A stretch of DNA of 64,000 nucleotides from an uncultured Christensenella sp. (GTDB taxonomy: Bacteria; Bacillota; Clostridia; Christensenellales; UBA3700). How positions within the stretch are numbered: the stretch's first letter is position 1; each line of letters starts with the position of its first letter. The notes below the pieces were generated by a model. That model was not told the DNA's origin and did no database searches. It worked only from the letters and a program-made list of their open reading frames with translations. The DNA is taken from assembly GCA_910583735.1 (NCBI GenBank), contig CAJTXS010000001.1:150197-214196 (forward strand), given 5' to 3'. The position numbers and the translations under genes are program-made. Positions 33,777 through 43,704 of this stretch are shown one piece after another.

Positions 33777-34478
33777 TTGAAGATAACAGTAATTAACGGC
33801 ACTGAAAAGCGCGGCGTCACCTGCAAATTAAAAAACATTTTTTTGGAGCAATTTCAGTCGGCGGAGATAACCGAATATTATCTGCCTAAGGACTGTCCGT
33901 CTTTTTGCGCGGGGTGTACAAGTTGCTTTATGAGAGGCGAAGAGACATGTAAAGATTATCTTTACGTAAATACGATTGAAAAGTCTCTTAAGGAAGCCGA
34001 TCTAATTGTCATGACTTCGCCCGTATACGTATTGCATGCCACGGGCGCAATGAAGGCGTTATTGGACCACTTGGGTTATCGTTGGATGTCTCACAGACCT
34101 GCACCCGAAATGTTTAAGAAGCGCGCGGTAATTATCACGCAAGGTGTCGGCGCGGGCGCAAAGTCGACGGCTAAGGACATTAAAGACAGCTTGTCCTGGT
34201 GGGGAATATCTAAGATAGGGGTATTCAGCGGCATATTGATTAACGATATCGCATGGGACAGACTGCCCGAAAGCAGACGCAAAAAACTTGCATATAAAAT
34301 TACGAAACTCGCAAAACGATTTGCAAAAATCAATTATGATAAGCCTGCACATACCAAGCTAATAATCAAAGTTAAGTTTTCGGTTAGCCGTATTATACAA
34401 AAGAAGAAAGTAGGACTTGATAACGAATACTGGTACAATAACGGTTGGCTTGGGAAAAGCCGTCCGTGGAAAAGTTAA
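33777..34478 (+). CDS. Flavodoxin-like fold NAD(P)H-dependent FMN reductase family protein
   Basis: 'KITVINGTEKRG', a 'CPSFCAGCTSCFMRGEETC' cluster and 'LIVMTSPVY'. TTG 33777 lies 7 nt after GGAGA; the track start is GTG 33762. Confidence 0.7.
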   Translation: MKITVINGTEKRGVTCKLKNIFLEQFQSAEITEYYLPKDCPSFCAGCTSCFMRGEETCKDYLYVNTIEKSLKEADLIVMTSPVYVLHATGAMKALLDHLGYRWMSHRPAPEMFKKRAVIITQGVGAGAKSTAKDIKDSLSWWGISKIGVFSGILINDIAWDRLPESRRKKLAYKITKLAKRFAKINYDKPAHTKLIIKVKFSVSRIIQKKKVGLDNEYWYNNGWLGKSRPWKS

Positions 34479-34634
34479 TATTTGATTTAATTATACTAAA
34501 AGTTATTATCGGTTATAATATAAAATTTAGCACGCCATTATTCGAGTTCGATGATAGCGTGCTGTTTATCTGTCTATAGGATAGATTGTCGATAAGGTAA
34601 TTACCTTAATTCGAGCTTTAGTACATCGTATCTA

Positions 34635-35015
34635 TTACAATACGTTTTTCCACTTGAATGTGAGCAGGTTTTTGCTGTTCTCGACCGTGTAGGTGAGCAG
34701 CACCGCCTTTTGCAAGCTGTCCTCCCACATCTCCGCATCCAATGCGCCCTTTAAGTCGCCGATGGCTACCATTACGACTTTAATATCGTTATTGGGACAT
34801 ACGAATTCAAGTAAGTCGCGCTTCTTCGACCACCAGTCTGACATATCCTGCGTCATCTGCGCAGCCGCCTCGTAGTCCTCCGCCTGTATTGCTTGTGTGA
34901 TGCTTCTGCTTTGGTTGAGCGCGTTGTCGAATGTCTTGCTCACGCACACTTGCTCGGTTACGCCCAGTCCCACTATTATGCCCAGCAGGATAAATACAAG
35001 TATAATCTTCTTCAT
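34635..35015 (-). CDS. DUF4363 family protein
   Basis: N-terminal TM and 'MTQDMSDWWSKKRDLLEFV'. It forms the typical pair with the upstream DUF421 gene (4-nt overlap). Confidence 0.7.
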   Translation of the reverse strand: MKKIILVFILLGIIVGLGVTEQVCVSKTFDNALNQSRSITQAIQAEDYEAAAQMTQDMSDWWSKKRDLLEFVCPNNDIKVVMVAIGDLKGALDAEMWEDSLQKAVLLTYTVENSKNLLTFKWKNVL

Positions 35016-35719
35016 GCGTTTACCTCGCTTAGCTTGCCCGTCTTATAAGTGCCGTGCATGGGCTGGAGATAGTAATCGTCTCCGCCCGTCACGGTCATAA
35101 GCAATACGTCTTTCAGCTTGAGATTGTTATCGCTGAGCAGAGTGTCTATTTTGCTCTCGTCAATATTGCCTTTGTTGATGTTGTCGCCCATCTTTCTGCC
35201 TTCGCATACCACAGTGTAGGGCAGCTGGGGAGCGGGGAGTTGAGCGTTGATAATGCTTGCGGTTACGGGAGTATTGGCTGCTTTCGGTACGATGCTCACC
35301 TCGCCGTTAGTCTCGAAGATAGCGTATTCTATCTCGTTGGGGCTGAGATAATTCTTGCACCTGATAGCCTCCAGCAAGTCGTTGACTGTCAAGTCAAGCA
35401 TATTGATTGCCTCGAAGTCAATGCCGTTGGGGTTGATGACTATTACGGGCTTGCCGTTGATAAGTCGTCTTGCCTTGACGGAGTGCTTGATTATCTTAGT
35501 TAAGAAGAATTGCACTATGAAAAGGGTAAATATAGGTATCAGACCGTATACTACGGGCACGGTAGTGTCCGACATGGGGATACATGCGAGTTCTGCCATT
35601 ATAAGAGATATGGCGAATTCGAACGGCTGGAGTTCTCCCAGCTGCTTCTTGCCCATCAGTCGCATTGCAACCAATAGGAAGAGATAAATTACTGTCGCTC
35701 TTACAAATACTATCAGCAT
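35012..35719 (-). CDS. DUF421 (YetF-like) membrane protein
   Basis: 'RLMGKKQLGELQPFEFAISLIMAELA' plus a soluble C-terminal domain. Confidence 0.8.
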   Translation of the reverse strand: MLIVFVRATVIYLFLLVAMRLMGKKQLGELQPFEFAISLIMAELACIPMSDTTVPVVYGLIPIFTLFIVQFFLTKIIKHSVKARRLINGKPVIVINPNGIDFEAINMLDLTVNDLLEAIRCKNYLSPNEIEYAIFETNGEVSIVPKAANTPVTASIINAQLPAPQLPYTVVCEGRKMGDNINKGNIDESKIDTLLSDNNLKLKDVLLMTVTGGDDYYLQPMHGTYKTGKLSEVNA

Positions 35720-35753
35720 ATCGATAGTATTTTTCTTGCGAGTTATAATATTC

Positions 35754-37244
35754 TTATTTTCTCAACATTTTAAGCGCCGCTCTCGGAGTGGGCGCCATCT
35801 TGAGCAAGGCAAGGGCGATATACATTGCGAGCGCTCCGCATGTCATTGATATTGCGCATGCGGCGATTTCTCCTATCGGCATCATGGCTTTGGACATGGC
35901 TCTCACGCCTACCGCCAATAGCAGAGACAAGCCTATGGGCATTAGGCACTTGAGCGATGACCTGCAGCTGAGAGGCACCTTCTTGCTCAGAAAGACGAGA
36001 TTGACTATCATAGTTACAGTGTGGAATATGAATAAGGCAATGAAGTATCCGTATATACCCGTAAATCTGGGCAATACGAGTATCGCGGTCGCCAAGAATG
36101 CGTAGCCTATCAGATGGCTTATAAAGGTCTGATTTTCTTTGCCGAATGAGTTGAGCATCGATACGACGATGCCGTTGACCGATATAGGGAATACGATGGC
36201 GGCGGCAGCCGCAAGGTATGAACCCACTGCCGTATCGTCGTATAGCAGCGTGCCGATAGTCTCGCCGCAGCCTGCAAAGACGATGAACGCTGCGGCAGCC
36301 ACAATGCAAGTGAAGTTGAGCGCTTTGGTCAACGTGCGATTGATAGACGTGTCTTTGGACGCGTTGCGCGCCGCAATCTCGGGTATGATAACTACGGACA
36401 GCGAGCCGATTACCGACGACGGCGCGAGTATCAGAGGCATTACCATTCCCGTAGCTCTGCCGAATTCCGCCGTCGCCTCCGCGCTTGTGAGGTTGCAAGA
36501 TGCGATGAGAATTGACGGCAGTACCAACGATATGAACGTAGACATTACCGAGCCGCACATGCGCGTCACGGTTAGCGGCGTGGCGCTTTTGATTATAGGC
36601 TTGCTAAGCGTAGGCGCGGCGAGCCTGCCGCCTTTTACAAAGAAGAGTATCGCAAGCGTAACGGCTGTGATTATATCGCTTACGAGCATAGCATAAGCGA
36701 GGCTGTACTCCAGCGCGATAACGCCGCCGAAGCAGCTGATAAAGACGCCGCACATGATTATCTTAATGATTTCGTCGCCCGCTTCCGTCACCGAGAAGAT
36801 GAAGAAGTCTTTTCTGCCCCAAAACCATCCGCGAGATATAGTATATACGCTGGTAGTTATCATTGTGGGTAAGAGTATTATGAAGAGATTGGCGCATCTC
36901 CTGTCGGTAAATATGTAATCGAGCAGAGCGGGAAAGCAGTAAAACACTGTGCATACGGTAATGGAAATCATGAGGCTTAGCAGAAGAGCCGTCGATACAG
37001 ACGCTTTTTGCCTGTTTAAGTTGCCTGTCGCCTGCGTCTCTGCTGTAAAGCGCGAGAGTGTGACGGGCAGACCGCTTGCGGCAAGGGAGACGAAGAGCAT
37101 GAATACCGACAGACATATCTGATAGACGCCCATGATTTCCGCGCCCAATTTCCGCGATATATATATCTTGAATATAAAGGAAATAAACCTTGTCGCCACC
37201 GATATAGCCGTCACGGTGAAGAATGCCTTGAACATCTTTTTCAT
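35754..37244 (-). CDS. MOP-superfamily flippase (SpoVB/MurJ-like polysaccharide biosynthesis protein)
   Basis: 496 aa, about 14 TM. The N-terminus 'ISVATRFISFIFKIYISRKLGAEIMGVYQ' fits the SpoVB/MurJ pattern. Confidence 0.75.
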   Translation of the reverse strand: MKKMFKAFFTVTAISVATRFISFIFKIYISRKLGAEIMGVYQICLSVFMLFVSLAASGLPVTLSRFTAETQATGNLNRQKASVSTALLLSLMISITVCTVFYCFPALLDYIFTDRRCANLFIILLPTMITTSVYTISRGWFWGRKDFFIFSVTEAGDEIIKIIMCGVFISCFGGVIALEYSLAYAMLVSDIITAVTLAILFFVKGGRLAAPTLSKPIIKSATPLTVTRMCGSVMSTFISLVLPSILIASCNLTSAEATAEFGRATGMVMPLILAPSSVIGSLSVVIIPEIAARNASKDTSINRTLTKALNFTCIVAAAAFIVFAGCGETIGTLLYDDTAVGSYLAAAAAIVFPISVNGIVVSMLNSFGKENQTFISHLIGYAFLATAILVLPRFTGIYGYFIALFIFHTVTMIVNLVFLSKKVPLSCRSSLKCLMPIGLSLLLAVGVRAMSKAMMPIGEIAACAISMTCGALAMYIALALLKMAPTPRAALKMLRK

Positions 37245-37296
37245 AATAATAGGATATTATAGCCTGTCCCCAAATATAATTAATCGGAGGTAAAAA

Positions 37297-37584
37297 ATGG
37301 CGACTGTGATTTATAAAGTTAAGCTCGGAGAGAAGATAGAAGATATCTCCGCCAAGTTCGGAGTGAGCGCATCGGCAATTTTGCATGACAATAATTGCTC
37401 GGCGGAGCAGATTGACGAAGGCGTGCGCTTGGTCATATCCAAGCCCGACGGCAGGGAGTATATTGTCAAGCCTTTCGATACAATAGCGTCTATTGCTGTT
37501 TCGTGCGGAGTGAGAGAGCAATTTATAAGAGACAATAATAATCTCGGCGGAGAAGTATTTATAGGGCAGAAGATATATATCTGA
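37297..37584 (+). CDS. Small protein with two LysM domains
   Basis: GGAGG SD. 'YKVKLGEKIEDISAKFGVSASAILHDN' and 'YIVKPFDTIASIAVSCGVREQFIRDNN'. Confidence 0.75.
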   Translation: MATVIYKVKLGEKIEDISAKFGVSASAILHDNNCSAEQIDEGVRLVISKPDGREYIVKPFDTIASIAVSCGVREQFIRDNNNLGGEVFIGQKIYI

Positions 37585-37873
37585 GGCTTAATTAACTTAT
37601 ACGTGACTTAGCGGCAGTTGCATGACAGTTATACGATAAGAGCATTATGCCTTTTAAGTAATTATCGATATAATGCAATGCGCTATGTAGTATATCGCCA
37701 TTGTATTGCGCCGCGGCGGCAAGTATCGGCTTATTATGAGTGTGTTGCGTTACATATATGTAATAGCAAATTATGTATCATTGATTATAAGATAGCGGCA
37801 GAGGCATTAAGCTAAATAAATATATATCCGATATAAATTCGGACGGATTGCATTCTGACTGTGTAGTATATAA

Positions 37874-37909
37874 AAAGGACGCTTTAATTAAGCGTCCTTG
37901 ATTTTTTTT
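37874..37909. terminator. Bidirectional terminator downstream of the 1410-aa gene
   Basis: Stem AAGGACGC/GCGTCCTT with loop TTTAATTAA. A T9 run follows on the + strand and TTTTATATA on the - strand. Confidence 0.75.
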
Positions 37910-37926
37910 TCGGCTTTCGCCGTCCG

Positions 37927-40900
37927 TTATTTGCCCGAGAACTTATTTCTGCCCGAGCTTGCCGTGTTGCTGCGATCGTAACTCGACTTCTTGCTGACCT
38001 GCTTGCTGCGCTTACGCTTGGTCATTATCTTCTTGATTATAACTACCGCTACGACCAGTACTATCAATCCGCCGATTATACCGCCGGTGATATATGCCCA
38101 TAGGAATTGATTGTCTTTCTTTTCCGGTGTTTCTTCATCTTCGGGGTCGGGAGCCTTCTCTGCGTCCGCCTGAGTGTAGCGGATAACATAGTTGCTGCTG
38201 AGCGCCGCTACGGGCTTGCCGTCGATGTAACCGTTTTTATCGGAGAAGATGTCGTTGTCCTTGTCGTCCTTCTCTGTAGGGGTGAAGCCAAGTCTGCCTG
38301 CGATTACGTCTATTTCGCTGCCGCTTTCGGGCGCGCTTACTTTTACGCAAGAGAAGTTGTCGAAGAAGGCGTATCCGCTTACCCATTCGTCATCGTCGCC
38401 GAGCTGCAGGGTGAGGGAAGCGCTGACTGTCTCGGTCACATCTTCCTCTACGTATACATAGAAGGATATTTCGCGCCACTTGCCTACAGTCTCCGTTCCG
38501 TCGTCCGCGTATGTGGAAGTGTTAATCTTTCTTGCACTCTCCAGCTCGGTAGGATTATCAGCCGACAGCTGTCCGAAAGTATAAGAATTGTTGCCAATCT
38601 TCAGGCTTACTATCAGAGAGTTGTCTTTGCCTATCTTATAGGTGAGAGCCCATACCGTAATCTTATAGTACGACCCCTTGCTCAAGGTGACAGAGTTGGA
38701 TGTGAACTTATATGCGCCGCCGTTGAGTTTGCCGTCGTCGTCGAGCACATCGGTATGATTGTAGATTGTAAGCACCTTGTTGCCGATGGCGGTCGCCATG
38801 GAATTGTTGATGTTCTTGTCGCTTACGGACTCGTCGAATACCGCATTGAGTAAAGCGCTGTCCGCTCCGTCGACATCTAGGTCGAGCAGAGTATCCCACG
38901 AATGAATATTTCTGTCGAATACGCCTGCCGTCACGTCGTCGCTGCTTGCCTCGCTGTCGATCAACGCTCCGCTCCAGCCGGAATGAGAAGAGAGGTCGTC
39001 GGTAGACTCGCCTGCGATGTCCATGGTGTCAACCATCCAAGATACAGCTACCGCGTTATCGCTCTTGTTCTCGATCAAGCTGTTGTAGTCGTCCTCTCCG
39101 CCCAGCTTGGTATATACCGCGCCGGTAAAGAGGGCGGCGTTGCTATTGTTGGAAATTTCCTCGTTAGCCTCGATACTGCCTACCGAGAGGGTAAGAGTAG
39201 CATTGATAGAGGATACGCCCGTCTCGATATAGATATCGTAAGGCTGCCATCCCGACGTCTTATTGGACACGTCGATGAATCCGTAAGGCGTATTGTCCGA
39301 GCCCGTCGTCAGACTTGCGCTGATACGCGTTGCCGCGTCTGCGAATGCCCACACTCTTATTCTGTAATAAGAGTTGGACTCGAGAGAGACGGAAGAGGAG
39401 GAGAAACCGAACTTGTTGACTTCCTTGCCGTAGACCGCGAGCACCGAAGGATGCTTATCGATAGACAGTCCGCAATTCTTATCTTGAGCTATCGCGCTGT
39501 CGAATATAGAAGCATAAGACGCATCGGACAGAGCGGATGCTATGAAAGGCGATACGGAACCGATTTCGCTTGCGAACCAGTCGCGGTGAGCTTTGGTGTT
39601 GAGATTGAGCAGTCCGCCGTAGCCGTAAGAGTTGTTGCCGCCGAGTTTATCGGTCATTCTTATGGTGTTGGTAGCGGTCCAGCCCTTAGCCAGAGGCAAG
39701 AGTTGCCATTTATTGTCGTCGGTGTACTCGAATTCGCCGAGGTCGTTGCTCTTTACCTTATCCTTATACAGGTTGTTGGTGGCGCTGAGGTCGGGGGACT
39801 CGAAGTATCCGTTGGATGCAAAGCCCGCCGAAGTCGCGTCCTTAAGATTGACGGTATTGATATTCTCCGCGTTCGAAGTGGAAGAGTAGTCTGCAACGTC
39901 TATCTCTTCTATCATGAGATTGGTGATCATAGCATGACCTTTCACGTAAGAAGAGCTGTCGGCGTCGCTGCCGCTTCCGAGAGCGAATTCAAGACCGACA
40001 TATGCGTCTTTGTATGCCGCGCCCTCAATCGCAAAGGATACCATTACATATCCGTTGTGCGCATCGTTGGCGTACTGCTCGAGCGCCTTGGATGTGATAG
40101 AAGAAAGCGTTCCCTTAGAGGTCTTGTAGTCGGTAAGGTTGCCCTTATTCTCTTGAGTGAGCTTGCCCGACGCTATAGCCTTGTCCATCTCCTCGATGTC
40201 GTACTGATACAGCGTAGCGGCAAGACCGCCCGAAGCGATTTCCGAAGTCTTAACCCAGAATGAGAGTATGATATAAGAGTTGCTTTCTAACTTGATGAGG
40301 TTAGAGGTGTCGGCAGTGGAATTAATAGCTATCTCGGGCATTATAGATGTACGGGAAGGCGTCTTGTTGTCCAGTACCCATACATTGCTTGTATTGCTGT
40401 CGGCGATGGCTACATCTACCGTCTCGTCGTTAAAGCTGTCGCCCTTCTTGAGCAGCTTAGCATAAGAAGGCTCGCGCGTTCCCTTATCGTCTACGGTGTA
40501 GTTGATGTTGCCGGATGCGCCGTCTCCTATTTCCTTATACTCGATAGTTCTTTCGGTAGCAAAAGTGCCTTTATTGGTCGCCGTATCGTAAGCGGCTGCG
40601 TCGCTGCTCTCGTATGCGAGCGAGTCGAACATTGCTATTCCGGTGCAGCCGTCGCTGTTGTTCTCGCCCAGCCACAGTTCCACATTAAAGGTCTTGTCGC
40701 GGAAAGTGTCGCCTTTGATATACATCTCCACAAGCTGCCACTCGCCGTCTGTATTAATGCCGTCTACGCTGACAAGCGATGCGGTATCGGAGTCGGAGCC
40801 GTAGGTGAGCTTGACGCTTGCCGAAGCCTTATCTCCGTACGTCTTGACATAGATGCTTAACTTATAATATGACTCCGCCTTGACCGTCAAAGAGCTACCC

Positions 40901-42159
40901 GACTTATAATAATACACATTATCCTTGCGGTTGTTAATCATTAACACATTGGCGTTGGTTCTGCTGTATCCGCTGCTGTAGCTGTAAGTAACGCGAGCGT
41001 CCGCCGCGTTAGGCGTATCCATAACGAGAGTGGGGTAGGACGCTACGTCGTTGATAATGTCTTTATTCATGTAGGCTACGTCCAATATTCCTCTTTGCAC
41101 ATAGGTGGAAGATGTGTTGTGAGAGGAGTTATCGGGCTTGTTGCCCGCCTTACCCGACCACTTGGAAGAGGTGTAAGGCGTAGATGTGGAAGTCTCGTAA
41201 TCGAACTGTACATTGCCCAATGCGGAGATGTACTTGGCGGTGTGGACCTTATGAGCGGAAGTCTGCTCCGCGCCGTCCACGATCTTGGACTCGGATGTGC
41301 CTTGAGCGGCGCTGTCGAATTCTGCGGTGGCTTTCTTGAGCGCGTCCTCTTTGCTCATAGATGCGTCGCCCTTGACGTAAGTGTTGTCCGCGTCGCGGTA
41401 AGCGTCGTTGAGCTTGAGCAGCGTGACATCGTCAAAGTAAGCGTAACCTGCCGCCATATGACCCGTCTCCCAGTTGCCGTCGCCCAGTCCGAGGGAGAGG
41501 GTGATTGTGCCCGAAGCGGCGTCCTTGGTGTTGATATACAGCACGAACTCCTGCCACTCGCCCGAGGTGTCTATACCTTGGAATGCGGCATAAGCGGCCG
41601 TACCGGTCACATAAATGTACGCGCCGGTGAATTCCTTGCTGACCTTGACTTTACTGCTGCTGTTCTTCCAAGTATTGTAAGCAGAGTGAGACTCGGGATA
41701 TAACTCCGTCTTGCACCATACGCTCAGCTTATAGATGCTGTTCGGCTCTACCGTGATAGATGCGGAAGAATACTTATATGCCGTAGCTGTCTTATTATAA
41801 ATCGTCAAGACATTATTGTCTTTACCGATCTTGCCGGGCTGAACGGAACCTATCTGTTTACGGTAGTTGCGCTCTTTGTCGATGTCGATGACACCGGCGG
41901 CGAGATCGTCTGAGCTGTTGGGCGTCTTCAACGTAGCGGACGTACTGCTTGAGCCGGGCGCACCGGTCCAGTCCGAAGGCGCGAGGGGATAATCCTCTCC
42001 GCTTGCCTTGTCAAAGTTGCCGTTGGTAAACAGCGTATCGGAGTAATTGGGCGTTTCGTCTCCTTCGCCGTCCTTGTCGTCGCATGCGACGATGAGGGCG
42101 AGCATGGAAACTATCAGCATTACAACGATTGTTATAATAAGATACTTTTTGCTTCTCAT
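37927..42159 (-). CDS. 1410-aa envelope protein: lipoprotein signal, five CBM4/9-like jelly-roll modules, C-terminal TM anchor and basic tail
   Basis: AGGTGG SD. 'MLALIVAC' lipobox (Cys26). Five repeats share the pattern NG.F-W-(L/V)xIxN-SYYK(L/I)S(V/I)W(V)KT-GEW-GYAxFD. The C-terminus is 'WAYITGGIIGGLIVLVVAVVIIKKIMTKRKRSK'. Confidence 0.85.
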   Translation of the reverse strand: MRSKKYLIITIVVMLIVSMLALIVACDDKDGEGDETPNYSDTLFTNGNFDKASGEDYPLAPSDWTGAPGSSSTSATLKTPNSSDDLAAGVIDIDKERNYRKQIGSVQPGKIGKDNNVLTIYNKTATAYKYSSASITVEPNSIYKLSVWCKTELYPESHSAYNTWKNSSSKVKVSKEFTGAYIYVTGTAAYAAFQGIDTSGEWQEFVLYINTKDAASGTITLSLGLGDGNWETGHMAAGYAYFDDVTLLKLNDAYRDADNTYVKGDASMSKEDALKKATAEFDSAAQGTSESKIVDGAEQTSAHKVHTAKYISALGNVQFDYETSTSTPYTSSKWSGKAGNKPDNSSHNTSSTYVQRGILDVAYMNKDIINDVASYPTLVMDTPNAADARVTYSYSSGYSRTNANVLMINNRKDNVYYYKSGSSLTVKAESYYKLSIYVKTYGDKASASVKLTYGSDSDTASLVSVDGINTDGEWQLVEMYIKGDTFRDKTFNVELWLGENNSDGCTGIAMFDSLAYESSDAAAYDTATNKGTFATERTIEYKEIGDGASGNINYTVDDKGTREPSYAKLLKKGDSFNDETVDVAIADSNTSNVWVLDNKTPSRTSIMPEIAINSTADTSNLIKLESNSYIILSFWVKTSEIASGGLAATLYQYDIEEMDKAIASGKLTQENKGNLTDYKTSKGTLSSITSKALEQYANDAHNGYVMVSFAIEGAAYKDAYVGLEFALGSGSDADSSSYVKGHAMITNLMIEEIDVADYSSTSNAENINTVNLKDATSAGFASNGYFESPDLSATNNLYKDKVKSNDLGEFEYTDDNKWQLLPLAKGWTATNTIRMTDKLGGNNSYGYGGLLNLNTKAHRDWFASEIGSVSPFIASALSDASYASIFDSAIAQDKNCGLSIDKHPSVLAVYGKEVNKFGFSSSSVSLESNSYYRIRVWAFADAATRISASLTTGSDNTPYGFIDVSNKTSGWQPYDIYIETGVSSINATLTLSVGSIEANEEISNNSNAALFTGAVYTKLGGEDDYNSLIENKSDNAVAVSWMVDTMDIAGESTDDLSSHSGWSGALIDSEASSDDVTAGVFDRNIHSWDTLLDLDVDGADSALLNAVFDESVSDKNINNSMATAIGNKVLTIYNHTDVLDDDGKLNGGAYKFTSNSVTLSKGSYYKITVWALTYKIGKDNSLIVSLKIGNNSYTFGQLSADNPTELESARKINTSTYADDGTETVGKWREISFYVYVEEDVTETVSASLTLQLGDDDEWVSGYAFFDNFSCVKVSAPESGSEIDVIAGRLGFTPTEKDDKDNDIFSDKNGYIDGKPVAALSSNYVIRYTQADAEKAPDPEDEETPEKKDNQFLWAYITGGIIGGLIVLVVAVVIIKKIMTKRKRSKQVSKKSSYDRSNTASSGRNKFSGK

Positions 42160-42305
42160 TTAACCACCTACTTTTATTTGCCGAATTTTCGTTCGGTAAT
42201 GTAAATCCTATTAATTATATATAATTATATAATGGTCGGTCAATTAATTTTGCCCGAGCGCACGTCAAAAATACATAAAATATATTTTTTTCACATAATA
42301 GCTGT

Positions 42306-42692
42306 ATGAAAGCGGACGCTTTGAATAAGAAAAAGAAATATACGGCGCTATTCACCGTACTTGCATCCGTAGCGGCAGGCTGCGTCAACGGGTTGTTCGG
42401 CGGAGGCGGAGGCATGCTCGTCGTGCCGATATTTACCGTATTGCTTTCGCTCAGCGTGAAAAAGGCGCACGCAACTGCGGTTGCGACGATATTGCCTATG
42501 TCGCTTGTGAGCGCGATAATCTATATCGTTAAGGGCTGCGTGGAGTGGAATATAACATATAGCGTAGGCGGCGGCGTGATAGTCGGCGGCATCATAGGCG
42601 CACTTTTGCTCAAAAAGGTCAATAATTTCCTTCTTTCGATGGTTTTTTACTTAATAATGATTGCCGCGGGGGTAAAAATGCTCATTGGCTGA
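42306..42692 (+). CDS. TauE/SafE (TSUP) family transporter, N-terminal half-size ORF (4 TM)
   Basis: 'GLFGGGGGMLVVPIF' motif. 128 aa. Confidence 0.65.
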   Translation: MKADALNKKKKYTALFTVLASVAAGCVNGLFGGGGGMLVVPIFTVLLSLSVKKAHATAVATILPMSLVSAIIYIVKGCVEWNITYSVGGGVIVGGIIGALLLKKVNNFLLSMVFYLIMIAAGVKMLIG

Positions 42693-43140
42693 GTTATATC
42701 GCATATTGGCAGGGCTTGCCGGAGGAATAATCGCGGGTATGGGAATGGGCGGAGGCACGCTCACTATTCCCATACTTACATTGGCGCTCGGCATAGGTCA
42801 GAAAGCGGCTCAGGCAGTCAATCTCATATCTTTCGTGCCAATGGCGCTGGTGACCGTCGCTATTCATTGCAAGAATAGGCTGATAGACTTCGGAGCTATG
42901 ATTAAGGTGGTCATACCCGCGCTTGCCGCCTGCGTAATAGGCGCATTGATTGCGCCAGCGATGTCGTCAAGAGCCTTATCGATAGGCTTCGGCGCGTTTC
43001 TCATTATCCTTGGCGCGTTTCAGTCTGTCGTCGCCATAAAAAATAAACTCAAAAAAGATAAACCGTCGAGAATATGTAATTGCGCGGGCGCATATAATTG
43101 CGTGGTGTTGGATATGTGCGACCGAGAGTATTACGATTGA
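42685..43140 (+). CDS. TauE/SafE (TSUP) family transporter, C-terminal half-size ORF (4 TM) with a Cys-containing tail
   Basis: 'GMGMGGGTLTIPIL' motif. TTG start in the +1 frame overlaps the upstream stop by 8 nt. This could equally be the 3' part of a frameshifted single gene. Confidence 0.55.
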   Translation: MAELYRILAGLAGGIIAGMGMGGGTLTIPILTLALGIGQKAAQAVNLISFVPMALVTVAIHCKNRLIDFGAMIKVVIPALAACVIGALIAPAMSSRALSIGFGAFLIILGAFQSVVAIKNKLKKDKPSRICNCAGAYNCVVLDMCDREYYD

Positions 43141-43428
43141 TGCGTCTGCACGCGCATATTCGTCTCGGCAATCGATATTAATCGATGTCGCCTACTTAAT
43201 AGCTGCGTTACCGTCGCTTGCCCGTATAGCCATATGTCCATATGCGCGAGCGTTCACATCTATTGAAATCTACTGTTTCGCATATGAGCATATGATTGTT
43301 TTAACTCCTGTTTTTTGCTGTCGCAAGTATTGATTTTTATCGACATTATTTACATCTTATGAAAATTTTGTCATTATCATTCTTTTAACCGAATAATTAT
43401 ATGTTGACTAAGCTAACAGGGGTTGCTC

Positions 43429-43698
43429 ATGGATAAGACAAGTATCAACGAGAGAGTGTTGCTTTCCGCTCGTTACATAATCGAGAATAACGCTACGGTA
43501 AGGCAGACGGCAGAAGCCGTAGGAATAAGTAAAAGCACCGTTCACAGCGATGTGTGCGACAAACTGAGACGTATCGACTTATCGCTGTACGAGCAGGTAA
43601 GACAGATATTGGAGTACAATCTGTCGGTAAGACATATAAGAGGCGGCATATCCACTAAGCACAGATACGAGATGCTCAAGAGTAAGGACGACAATTAG
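43429..43698 (+). CDS. spoIIID: Stage III sporulation protein D (HTH transcription factor)
   Basis: 'ERVLLSARYIIENNATVRQTAEAVGISKSTVHSDV...SVRHIRGGISTK' closely matches my recollection of B. subtilis SpoIIID. ATG 43429 lies 6 nt after AGGGG. Confidence 0.9.
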   Translation: MDKTSINERVLLSARYIIENNATVRQTAEAVGISKSTVHSDVCDKLRRIDLSLYEQVRQILEYNLSVRHIRGGISTKHRYEMLKSKDDN

Positions 43699-43704
43699 CG
43701 ATTA

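Noticed and set aside
37585-37873. Roughly 290-nt gap after the LysM gene, containing track ORF 37618..37815 (65 aa); also ORF 44316..44510 (64 aa) and ORF 15804..16019 (71 aa) in other AT-rich spacers.
   Set aside because: These have no SD, atypical composition (Tyr/Ile/Cys/Arg-rich) and no motifs, and they are typical of random ORFs in AT-rich intergenic DNA. I could not support an sRNA from sequence alone.
43141-43428. Sigma-E/sigma-K type promoter for spoIIID (for example CATATGAGCATATGAT around 43281..43296).
   Set aside because: The matches to the mother-cell sigma consensus are loose and their spacing is ambiguous. I cannot place the promoter with any confidence without TSS data.
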